From: Oscillospiraceae bacterium
GTDB taxonomy: Bacteria; Bacillota; Clostridia; Oscillospirales; Ruminococcaceae
DNA: 64,000 nucleotides
Reading direction: 5' to 3'
Assembly (NCBI GenBank): GCA_017550355.1
Contig: JAFZPL010000128.1
Span: 24,516-88,515, forward strand
Positions 35,185-43,127 of this stretch are shown here, in pieces; within the stretch, counting starts at the first letter, position 1; each line of letters opens with the position of its first letter. Both the position numbers and the translations under genes were made by a program. Under the pieces are notes generated by a model that saw only the letters and a program-made list of their open reading frames with translations, made no database searches and was not told where the DNA came from.

Positions 35185-37506
35185 ATGGAAAAGGGTAACG
35201 ACAAGAACATCGGAAAGAAGCTGGACGGCCGCTACGAGATCACGGAGCTGATCGGCGAAGGCGGTATGGCTGACGTATACCGCGCCACGGATACGGTCGA
35301 CCATAAAACCGTCGCTGTCAAGATTCTGAAGAAGGAGTTTGCGGAAAACGAGGAATTCCTGCGCAGATTCCGCAATGAATCCAAGGCGATTGCCGTTCTG
35401 AGCCATCCGAATATCGTCAAGGTTTACGATGTCGGATTTTCGGAGCGCATCCAGTTTATCGTCATGGAATATATTGACGGCATCACGCTGAACGAGTATA
35501 TGGAGCAGGAAGGACCGCTCAACTGGAAGGATGCGGTGCATTTCATCCTCCAGATCCTGCGTGCGCTTCAGCATGCGCACAGCAAGGGCATCGTTCACCG
35601 CGATATCAAGCCGCAGAACATTATGATGCTCAAGGACGGCACCATCAAGGTGATGGACTTCGGCATTGCAAAGTTTGCGCGTGAGGAGGCAAAGGACACC
35701 TCCGACAAGGCGATCGGCACAGTCCACTATATCAGCCCGGAGCAGGCACGCGGCGGCGATACCGATGCCAAGAGCGACATCTATTCTGTCGGCGTCATGC
35801 TCTATGAGATGATGACGGGCAAGAAGCCGTTCGATTCTGACAAGCCCGTGAGCATTGCCGTGATGCATATGCAGGCGGAGATCCCGCTGCCGCACACTGT
35901 GCGCGAGGATATTCCCGTCGGCATGGAGGAGATCATCCTTAAGGCGATGCAGAAGGATCCGGGCGACCGCTACCAGACCGCCCGCGACATGATGGACGAT
36001 ATCGCCACGTTCAAGGAGAATCAGGGCGTGATCTTCGGTTACTTCCCGAATATTCTCGGCGCCGCACCGCCTTCCGATGAGGGAACCAGAGTCTATGTCC
36101 CCTCCCCGGAGGAAGAGGAGTTCATCGAGGAAGAGGACGACGATGAGTACGGCGGAGAATTCCAGCCGGAAGAAGCAGAGGATTACGACGACGATGAAGA
36201 CGACGACGAATACGAGGAGGAGGAAGGCAGATCGTTCTTCGTTCCGATCCTCTCCGCGGTCATCATTGTTGTGATCGTCATTGCGGCGGTGCTCGGCACG
36301 AGCATCATGTGGGATCTGATCCAGAGCCGTATCTCCGGCAACAAGGCGGAAGAGTACGCGATGCCGAACCTCGTCGGCATGGATTACAACGCGGCAAAGC
36401 TCCAGTACGGCGCGATGATCGACTTCGACGTGTGGAGCCGTGAGTATTCCAAATATGAAAAGGACACCATCTTCGAGCAGAGCATTCCGGCAATGGATCC
36501 GGTGCAGAAGGGTGACAAGGTCAAGGTCAAGGTCTCGATGGGTGCGCAGAAGGTCAAGTTCCAGGATATGACCAACTGGGATTATGAGACTGCAAAGCAG
36601 ACGATCATGGGTCTCGGTCTCCAGCCTGACCCGCGTAACGAATACAACAACGAGATCGCGGCGGGCAAGGTCATCCGTACCGATCCAGTCGGTCCCTGTG
36701 AGCTGGAACCGGGCACTTACGTGACCATCTGGAAAAGCCTCGGCGAAAACAAGCAGACCGTCGCTGTGCCGACTTTCACCAGCCTGAGCTGGGACGATGC
36801 ACGTCAGCTGGCTGAAAACAACAACCTCACCGTTTCCAAGAAGGAAGTGAATGACACCGCGCCGCAGGGCTATGTGCTCCGCCAGAGCATTGATCCGGAT
36901 ACACAGGTGACCGCCGGAAGCACGGTCGAACTGGAAGTCTCGAACGGCATCCCGCTGCCTGTTGAAATGCGCGTGGTCTTTGACATTCCTGCCAATGCAG
37001 CCGGAACATTCCACATCACGATGTGGGAGGGCGGCATCCCGACCTATCAGGGACAGAGCTTCAATGTTGCATATGCAACCAATACTTTCATTGTTGTCAA
37101 GGGCAACGGCATCCAGGAATTCACGGCAACGCTGACCAACGATGCAACCAATGCAACGGAGACCATCGGCAAATACAGCGTCGACTTCGATAAGAAGGTC
37201 GCTACCAAGATCACAGAGGATGTCACAGCAGCATTTGAGGCTGTCGGCGGACTTGCCGTGACAACGAGCACACTGCCTCCGGGAGTGACCACGACCGTTT
37301 CGACCAGCACCACGCCTGCGCATGGTTCGACCAGTGTGACGAAGCCTTCTACCACGACGCCGGCCGTGACCACTTCGACCACGCCGCCGACGACAACCAG
37401 CGTTACGACAACAAAGACGACCACTTCGGCAACGACCACATCTACCACACCTGCGCCGCCGCGTGTCGAACCGGAAGCCCCGGAAAAACCGGAGAATCAA
37501 CAATGA
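35185..37506 (+). CDS. prkC: Ser/Thr protein kinase with PASTA repeats (PrkC/PknB-type)
   Basis: GEGGMADVY, VAVK, HRDIKPQN and DFG kinase motifs. Very acidic juxtamembrane tract, one TM, three PASTA-like repeats, and a T/P-rich tail. Confidence 0.95.
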   Translation: MEKGNDKNIGKKLDGRYEITELIGEGGMADVYRATDTVDHKTVAVKILKKEFAENEEFLRRFRNESKAIAVLSHPNIVKVYDVGFSERIQFIVMEYIDGITLNEYMEQEGPLNWKDAVHFILQILRALQHAHSKGIVHRDIKPQNIMMLKDGTIKVMDFGIAKFAREEAKDTSDKAIGTVHYISPEQARGGDTDAKSDIYSVGVMLYEMMTGKKPFDSDKPVSIAVMHMQAEIPLPHTVREDIPVGMEEIILKAMQKDPGDRYQTARDMMDDIATFKENQGVIFGYFPNILGAAPPSDEGTRVYVPSPEEEEFIEEEDDDEYGGEFQPEEAEDYDDDEDDDEYEEEEGRSFFVPILSAVIIVVIVIAAVLGTSIMWDLIQSRISGNKAEEYAMPNLVGMDYNAAKLQYGAMIDFDVWSREYSKYEKDTIFEQSIPAMDPVQKGDKVKVKVSMGAQKVKFQDMTNWDYETAKQTIMGLGLQPDPRNEYNNEIAAGKVIRTDPVGPCELEPGTYVTIWKSLGENKQTVAVPTFTSLSWDDARQLAENNNLTVSKKEVNDTAPQGYVLRQSIDPDTQVTAGSTVELEVSNGIPLPVEMRVVFDIPANAAGTFHITMWEGGIPTYQGQSFNVAYATNTFIVVKGNGIQEFTATLTNDATNATETIGKYSVDFDKKVATKITEDVTAAFEAVGGLAVTTSTLPPGVTTTVSTSTTPAHGSTSVTKPSTTTPAVTTSTTPPTTTSVTTTKTTTSATTTSTTPAPPRVEPEAPEKPENQQ

Positions 37507-38357
37507 ACGGCTTGATTATCAAAGTCGACGGGGGACTTTACACAGTAGAGTCCCCCGTTGGCATATGCATCTGCAAGGCGCGGGGCGTGTTCCGCAAGCG
37601 CGGGATCTCGCCGTGTACGGGAGACAGCGTGGAATTTGAGGGCGACTGCATCACGGAGGTTCTGCCGCGGCGCAATCACCTGATCCGTCCGCCGCTTGCC
37701 AATCTTGACCAGATGGTCTTTGTGCTGTCTGTCACGCAGCCTGCGCCGAATCTGCTGCTGCTGGACCGATTTCTTGCGGTCTGTCTCTATAAGGAGATTA
37801 CGCCGCTGCTTGTGTTCACGAAGCTGGATCTCGGTGACGCGGAGCCCTTTGCGGAGAAATACCGGCAGGCAGGATTTCCGGTCTATAATGTGGATTACGA
37901 AAAGCCGGAGACCGTGCAGACGGTCTACGAACTGCTGCGCGGAAAGGTCAGCGCTTTCACGGGGAATTCCGGCGTCGGCAAATCGACGCTGCTGAATGCG
38001 ATCGACAGCAATTTGCAGCTGGAAACAGCGGATATCAGCAAAAAACTCGGCCGCGGCAAGCATACAACACGCGTGACCTCGCTCTATACGCTGGATCACG
38101 GCGGGCGCGTCGCGGATACACCGGGCTTTTCCACCTTTGAAACAGACGCCTACGCACAGATCGCGCCGGAGGAGCTTGCGGGCTGTTTTCCGGAGATGCG
38201 GGAATATCTGGGCGAGTGCCGCTATGCCGACTGCCGCCATCTGAAGGAGCCGGGATGCGCCGTGCGCAGTGCGGTGGAGGAAGGCGCGGTCAGTCAGAGC
38301 CGCTATGAAAGCTATGCCGCAATGATGCAGGAAGCATTAAACAGAAAAACATATTGA
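37503..38357 (+). CDS. rsgA: Ribosome small-subunit-dependent GTPase A
   Basis: Circularly permuted GTPase motifs TKLDL and GNSGVGKSTLLN. C-terminal Zn cluster CRYADCRHLKEPGC. Confidence 0.9.
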   Translation: MNGLIIKVDGGLYTVESPVGICICKARGVFRKRGISPCTGDSVEFEGDCITEVLPRRNHLIRPPLANLDQMVFVLSVTQPAPNLLLLDRFLAVCLYKEITPLLVFTKLDLGDAEPFAEKYRQAGFPVYNVDYEKPETVQTVYELLRGKVSAFTGNSGVGKSTLLNAIDSNLQLETADISKKLGRGKHTTRVTSLYTLDHGGRVADTPGFSTFETDAYAQIAPEELAGCFPEMREYLGECRYADCRHLKEPGCAVRSAVEEGAVSQSRYESYAAMMQEALNRKTY

Positions 38358-38360
38358 ACG

Positions 38361-39113
38361 ATGAGTGATATTGATGTAAGCAAACGGCTGTACGACCTTG
38401 CGCAGCAGTCGGAAAAACAGAACCGCTTCACGTTTACGGATTTTCTGAACGAAGCGGAGTGTGCGCAGTTTTATGCCTGCCGCCATGCGTTCAAGGGCTT
38501 CGGTGCGACGCTCTGGGGCGGCCATCCGGACGCAGACAGGCTCATGCTGCGCTTCGGCGATCCGGAACAGCTCGGCTATGAAGAGCCGTTCCCGATTGTC
38601 TGCGTACATATTGCACCCTTGCAGGAGAAATTCGCAGAGAAGCTCTCGCATCGGGATATTCTCGGCGCGGTCATGCATATGGGCATTGAACGCGGGAGCG
38701 TCGGAGATATCCTGATCGACGAAAAGCAGGCATATCTCTTCTGCACCCCGCCGATGGCAGAATACATCTGCCGGGAGCTTGAACGCATCCGGCACACCTC
38801 GGTTTCGTGCAGCGTGACCGATCAGCCGCCGGAAACCTTCACGCAGGAGACGGAATCCGGCACGGCACAGGTGCCGTCCGAACGCGCAGACTGTGTGATC
38901 TCCAAGATCTGGCATCTCTCCCGCGGCGACAGCAATTTTCTGTTTCTTTCGGGCAGGGTGTTCATCAACGGCGCGGAAGCCAAAAAGAGCAGCGTTTCCC
39001 TGCAAAGCGGGGACAAAGTCTCCGTGCGCGGCTATGGGAAATTCCGCTATCTCGGCGAAACGGGAAAGACCAAAAAGGGCAACCTGATCATTGCCTACGA
39101 GAAATTCGTATAA
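38361..39113 (+). CDS. ylmH: YlmH-family RNA-binding protein (S4 domain)
   Basis: FTDFLNEAE near the N-terminus, LSHRDILGAVMHMGIERGSVGDI, and a C-terminal S4-like segment RADCVISKIWHLSRGDSNFLFLSGRVFINGAEAKKSS. Confidence 0.75.
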   Translation: MSDIDVSKRLYDLAQQSEKQNRFTFTDFLNEAECAQFYACRHAFKGFGATLWGGHPDADRLMLRFGDPEQLGYEEPFPIVCVHIAPLQEKFAEKLSHRDILGAVMHMGIERGSVGDILIDEKQAYLFCTPPMAEYICRELERIRHTSVSCSVTDQPPETFTQETESGTAQVPSERADCVISKIWHLSRGDSNFLFLSGRVFINGAEAKKSSVSLQSGDKVSVRGYGKFRYLGETGKTKKGNLIIAYEKFV

Positions 39114-39142
39114 TCATATTATTTGAAGATAAGGGGATTACT

Positions 39143-40753
39143 ATGAAAAAAAAGATCGTTTGGATATTGGCGCTCACGATGCTTTCCGCCTGCGGATGCA
39201 GCGATCAGAAGAACGTCAACAGCTACAGCAGCACCAAGCCGACCGCTGCAACCGCGGAGACCACGGCTGATGCGACGGAAACCACATCCGCCGCTGCAAC
39301 CGATGTGACCGGTGAAACCGCATCCTCGGACACCACGACTTCGATTGTCAAGCAGCATGAGCCGCCCGCCGGAAAGACCGATACGCTCGTCAATAACATG
39401 TCCGACAACGAAAAGGCAAAGGCGGGAAAGCGCAGCCTGACGCTGCTCGATACGGCTGCCCAGACGGAATACAAGGTGGCAATCCAGTTTTCCTATGCAG
39501 ATCCGGAATACATGCTCGAAATGCTCGACGACCACAAACTCGAGATGGAAGAAGCGCAGTATGAGAAAGCGCATAAAGAGCTGGAGGAACTGCAAAAGAA
39601 GGGCGAAGACTACAAAATGATCTCCGTTGTCACGATCAACGACCGCTACTACAGCGGTCTGACGCCCAATCTGGATTATGACGGCGGCGAGATCGACTAT
39701 AAGGCATCCGACGGCGCGGATGTCAGGACATATAAATACAACTCGATGGAGGAGTATTTTGAGGCGCTGCCCAAGCAGCTGAAAGACAGCGGCGCTTCCG
39801 ACTCTTCTGTGGAGAGTATCGTCAAGCAGACAAAGCTTGTCTTCGACGCGATCATGAACAAGACCTATGAGGAGATCCCGGAGGGTACGATCAATATGCG
39901 CGAGATGCCCGCAAACTTCTGGGACGATCCGTTTATTGACTTCAGCAACACCTGGGAATTTGACCGCGACGCTGTGAGCGCGATCAAGGATCAGATCGAC
40001 GAATATACGTTTTATGACGACACGCTTGCGACAGATTTCCTCGTGCATGTTGTGCGCCCGCCGCATTACGATAAAAACAAGACCTATCCTGTGCTGTTCC
40101 TGACGGACGGTGTCTGGCGCTTCGGCGATACGCCCGCGCTTTACAAGCTGATGGAGGAGGGCAAGGCGGCAGACGTTCTGCTCGTTTCGCTCGGCTATGG
40201 CTACCGCTTCGACGGCACAAACGACTTCAACCGCTTCATCCATCTGCTGGAAATGCGCGACGATCTCCTGCGCTTCATCACGGACAACGTGATGCCCTAT
40301 CTCGGAGAGCAGTATCACATCGACTGCGCAAATTCTACGCTCTACGGCCATTCCAACGGCGGTGTGTTCACGCACAATGCGCTGTTCAAGGCAGATCAGT
40401 ACGAGAACCAGCCCTTCGGCAGATATATCATCGGCTCTCCGGCGTTCTGGGCGCTCTATGATGAAGATTATCCCGACCTCGATCCCACGGGCTTTGAAAC
40501 AGATTACGGTTATTTTGACCGCTTTGAGGTCTTGAATAAAAAAGTATTCCTTTGCGGCGGTTCGCAGGAAGATCCTGATTATCAGGATAAATATAACGGT
40601 CATGCATCCACGCTGGAAGGACTCAAGGCACTCAATGACCGTCTGAAAGCAAACGGCGTGGATGTGGAATACAAGCTCTATGATTCGCATCACTCCCAGT
40701 ATATCCCCGATATGCTCAAAGAATATCTGCAAAAGGAATACCCCGCGAATTAA
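39143..40753 (+). CDS. Lipoprotein with C-terminal esterase (esterase D / IroE-like alpha/beta hydrolase) domain
   Basis: ATG 39143 follows AAGGGGA. Lipobox LSACGC. C-terminal YPVLFLTDGVWRFG and nucleophile elbow YGHSNGG. The earlier part of ORF 38807-40753 overlaps ylmH and is not coding. Confidence 0.8.
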   Translation: MKKKIVWILALTMLSACGCSDQKNVNSYSSTKPTAATAETTADATETTSAAATDVTGETASSDTTTSIVKQHEPPAGKTDTLVNNMSDNEKAKAGKRSLTLLDTAAQTEYKVAIQFSYADPEYMLEMLDDHKLEMEEAQYEKAHKELEELQKKGEDYKMISVVTINDRYYSGLTPNLDYDGGEIDYKASDGADVRTYKYNSMEEYFEALPKQLKDSGASDSSVESIVKQTKLVFDAIMNKTYEEIPEGTINMREMPANFWDDPFIDFSNTWEFDRDAVSAIKDQIDEYTFYDDTLATDFLVHVVRPPHYDKNKTYPVLFLTDGVWRFGDTPALYKLMEEGKAADVLLVSLGYGYRFDGTNDFNRFIHLLEMRDDLLRFITDNVMPYLGEQYHIDCANSTLYGHSNGGVFTHNALFKADQYENQPFGRYIIGSPAFWALYDEDYPDLDPTGFETDYGYFDRFEVLNKKVFLCGGSQEDPDYQDKYNGHASTLEGLKALNDRLKANGVDVEYKLYDSHHSQYIPDMLKEYLQKEYPAN

Positions 40754-40780
40754 GCTGCAAGCACTCTGGTACAAGAAAAT

Positions 40781-41095
40781 ATGTTAAGATATCGTGAATG
40801 GACATTCCGCTCCTGTGATACGGATTCGGAACATAAAGTGACAGATATTCGCCTACATTCTGATGATGCGGAAAAGATCACGATTGAACTGAAGCCTGTG
40901 TCGGTGTATCCTCCGGAAAACGAGACGATGGCATGGGAAGACTGGAACCGTTATAACAGCATCTGTATCTACAAGACCGACTACGAAAAATTGTTGCTGC
41001 CGTCGATTGAAACGCTGTTTCCGGTCATGGATCCGGATCCGAACGGCTTCGGTGTGCAGGAGACCTTTGATCGGACATCCGTCAATTTTTTCTGA
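40781..41095 (+). CDS. Hypothetical protein; the frame stays open for 49 more codons after an in-frame TGA
   Basis: 104-aa ORF ends at TGA 41093-41095. The same frame continues KDDWQRLIANLTGCMETAEESEKAFYSAVIRFLKDCMAISDWFCIEGNL to TAA 41243-41245. Confidence 0.5.
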   Translation: MLRYREWTFRSCDTDSEHKVTDIRLHSDDAEKITIELKPVSVYPPENETMAWEDWNRYNSICIYKTDYEKLLLPSIETLFPVMDPDPNGFGVQETFDRTSVNFF

Positions 41096-41262
41096 AAGGA
41101 TGACTGGCAAAGGCTCATCGCAAATCTGACAGGATGTATGGAGACGGCGGAAGAATCAGAAAAAGCGTTTTATTCTGCTGTGATTCGTTTCCTGAAAGAC
41201 TGCATGGCAATCAGCGATTGGTTCTGCATTGAGGGCAATCTGTAACAGCTTATCAACAAAAT

Positions 41263-41289
41263 TCCCCTGCATCTTCACGATGCAGGGGA
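41263..41289. terminator. Terminator hairpin between convergent genes
   Basis: cccctgcatc pairs with gatgcagggg (10 bp, 5-nt loop). The T-run is good in the minus direction (AATTTTGTTG) and weak in the plus direction. Confidence 0.7.
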
Positions 41290-41304
41290 TTCGCTGTATT
41301 GGGT

Positions 41305-41715
41305 TTATTCTGCGTCAATCTGCTGAAGGCGGGTGAGCCATTTCGTGATACATCCGGCACGGTAAAATTCGAACCAAGCACCTTCACAGAAGCGTTCTGC
41401 GCGGTCAGCCGCAAGCAGCAGCGCGGTGACTGTTTTGCCGTCGAGCGCAGAAACGTCCGCATTCTGCATGGAATCCATATCCCACCGGAGACCGGCATCT
41501 CTGAGCACATCGCTGTATTCATGCAGATGCAGTTCCGGATGCGCTTCAACAAACTGATACACAGCTTTCCGGAATATTCTGACGGTATCAGAATATTGCA
41601 CGTAGGACATCTGCCTGGGATGTTCCGGAGAGCCGTCATTTTCGGTATCATGCCACCATGTGCCGCCGCTGTCTTTTTCCAGCGCCGGGAGAAATTCCGT
41701 CAGGCGTTCAAACAT
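41305..41715 (-). CDS. Hypothetical cytoplasmic protein (136 aa; DUF6508-like by recollection)
   Basis: Clean ORF with a terminator downstream. No catalytic motif recognised. Confidence 0.65.
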   Translation of the reverse strand: MFERLTEFLPALEKDSGGTWWHDTENDGSPEHPRQMSYVQYSDTVRIFRKAVYQFVEAHPELHLHEYSDVLRDAGLRWDMDSMQNADVSALDGKTVTALLLAADRAERFCEGAWFEFYRAGCITKWLTRLQQIDAE

Positions 41716-41739
41716 GCAGGTTCCTCTTTTCGTATGGGA

Positions 41740-42771
41740 TCAGAGCAGGTCTGCGGTTTCGAGGATCATGCGCTCTGTCTTTTCCCAGCCGAGGCACGGA
41801 TCGGTGATGGATTTGCCGTAGCAGCCTTCGTCGACTTTCTGTGCGCCGTCCTCAATGTAGCTCTCCACCATGAAGCCCTTGACCAGCTTGCGGATATGCT
41901 CATTGTAGCGGCACTGGTTCAGTACCTCATAGATAATGCGCGGCTGTTCAAACGGATTCTTGCCGGAGTTTGCGTGGTTGGTGTCGATAATCGCGGCGGG
42001 ATTCTGCAAGCCGGATTCCTCGTAGAATTTTGAGAGCAGTGCGAGATCCTCGTAGTGATAGTTCGGGAGGGACTGTCCGTGCTTGTTCATGTAACCGCGC
42101 ATGATGGCGTGTGCGTAGGGATTGCCCTGGGAGTGGACTTCCCAGCCGCGGTACACAAAGGTGTGCTTGGACTGCGCCGCGGTGATCGCGTTCATCATAA
42201 CGGAGAGATCGCCGCTGGTGGGATTCTTCATGCCAACAGGGCAGTCGAGACCGGAGGACACAAGGCGGTGCTCCTGATTCTCAACGGAACGCGCACCGAC
42301 TGCGACGTATGCGAGGACATCGTCGAGGTAGCGGTGATTTGCAGGGTAGAGCATTTCATCCGCGCAGGAAAATTCTGTTTCGCGGAGCGCACGCATATGC
42401 AGCTCACGGACTGCGATGATACCCTTGAACATATCCGGCTTTTCGTGCGGGTTCGGCTGGTGGAGCAGTCCCTTGTAGCCTGCGCCGGTGGTGCGGGGCT
42501 TGCCGGTGTAGATGCGCGGGACGATGAAAATCTTGTCCTTGACCTTTTCTGCGACGCCGCGGAGACGGTTCAGGTAATCCATCACAGCGTCGGGATTATC
42601 TGCGGAACACGGTCCGATGATGAGCAGCAGACGGTTGTCCTTGCCGCTGAAGATATTGCGGAGGATCTCAGCGCGGTCTGCAACGATCTGTGCCATTTCG
42701 GGCGTGAGGGGATACATTTCTTTGGTTTCCTTCGGGATGGTGAGCTTGCGCTCGAATTCGAGGTTCATCAT
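41740..42771 (-). CDS. aroF: 3-deoxy-7-phosphoheptulonate (DAHP) synthase, class I
   Basis: LLLIIGPCSADNPDAVMDY, IYTGKPRTTGAGYKGL, IIDTNHANS. The start is taken at MMNLEF (ATG 42771) after AAGGAG. Confidence 0.9.
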   Translation of the reverse strand: MMNLEFERKLTIPKETKEMYPLTPEMAQIVADRAEILRNIFSGKDNRLLLIIGPCSADNPDAVMDYLNRLRGVAEKVKDKIFIVPRIYTGKPRTTGAGYKGLLHQPNPHEKPDMFKGIIAVRELHMRALRETEFSCADEMLYPANHRYLDDVLAYVAVGARSVENQEHRLVSSGLDCPVGMKNPTSGDLSVMMNAITAAQSKHTFVYRGWEVHSQGNPYAHAIMRGYMNKHGQSLPNYHYEDLALLSKFYEESGLQNPAAIIDTNHANSGKNPFEQPRIIYEVLNQCRYNEHIRKLVKGFMVESYIEDGAQKVDEGCYGKSITDPCLGWEKTERMILETADLL

Positions 42772-42828
42772 GGTAAAAATACACTCCTTCAATATGGATA
42801 CATCCTTGTAATCTTGCTGTCTGAATCT

Positions 42829-42857
42829 ATTATACACCTTTTTTTGCGATTTGTCAA
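42829..42857 (-). promoter_or_regulatory. Consensus promoter of DAHP synthase gene
   Basis: Minus strand reads TTGACA (42857-42852), 17 nt, TATAAT (42834-42829). Confidence 0.7.
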
Positions 42858-42920
42858 CCCTTTAACGCGCAAAAGCGTTAAATCGCTAAAACGAACAAAA
42901 TTTTATGCAAAGCATTGTGA

Positions 42921-42958
42921 AAAATGAGAAATGCATTGAAAAGAGAAATGAGAAAAGC
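42921..42958 (+). repeat. AATGAGAAA-type interspersed repeat, copy 1
   Basis: aaaatgagaaatgcattgaaaagagaaatgagaaaagc. It shares an exact 22-mer (tgaaaagagaaatgagaaaagc) plus aatgagaaatg with 50560-50593. Confidence 0.8.
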
Positions 42959-42988
42959 CGCGTTCCTTGACTGAATTAAGATGTAAGA

Positions 42989-43039
42989 ACCCGACTCGCG
43001 TTATTGTCTGTTTATGCAATCTATCAACGCGAGTCGGGT
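42989..43039. repeat. Palindromic hairpin element CCCGACTCGCG...CGCGAGTCGGG, copy 1
   Basis: A 14-bp perfect inverted repeat, acccgactcgcgtt / aacgcgagtcgggt, with a 23-nt loop. A near-identical arm occurs at 62674-62727. Confidence 0.8.
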
Positions 43040-43052
43040 GCTTATTTATCAA

Positions 43053-43093
43053 GGATATTTTATATCCAGGATACTTTATATCCAGGATACTTT
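43053..43093. repeat. Array of alternating GGATA / TATCC half-sites
   Basis: ggatattttatatccaggatactttatatccaggatacttt contains two exact copies of atatccaggatacttt and three nested palindromes. Confidence 0.75.
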
Positions 43094-43127
43094 GAACGCG
43101 ATAATCCCTCTTTCCCCGTTCCTCATT

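Noticed and set aside
38807-39142. N-terminal 112 codons of ORF 38807-40753. The same issue applies to ORFs 9565-, 24052-, 25203-, 26091-, 46947-48185, 17300-18166 and 57560-.
   Set aside because: These extensions overlap the upstream gene or leader in another frame. A canonical start with an SD and a family-typical N-terminus (lipobox, MTGYG, P-loop and so on) lies further in.
43053-43093. CRISPR array or other long tandem array.
   Set aside because: There are only two 16-nt direct repeats with no unique spacers and no cas genes in the window. It is reported instead as an operator or iteron-like array.
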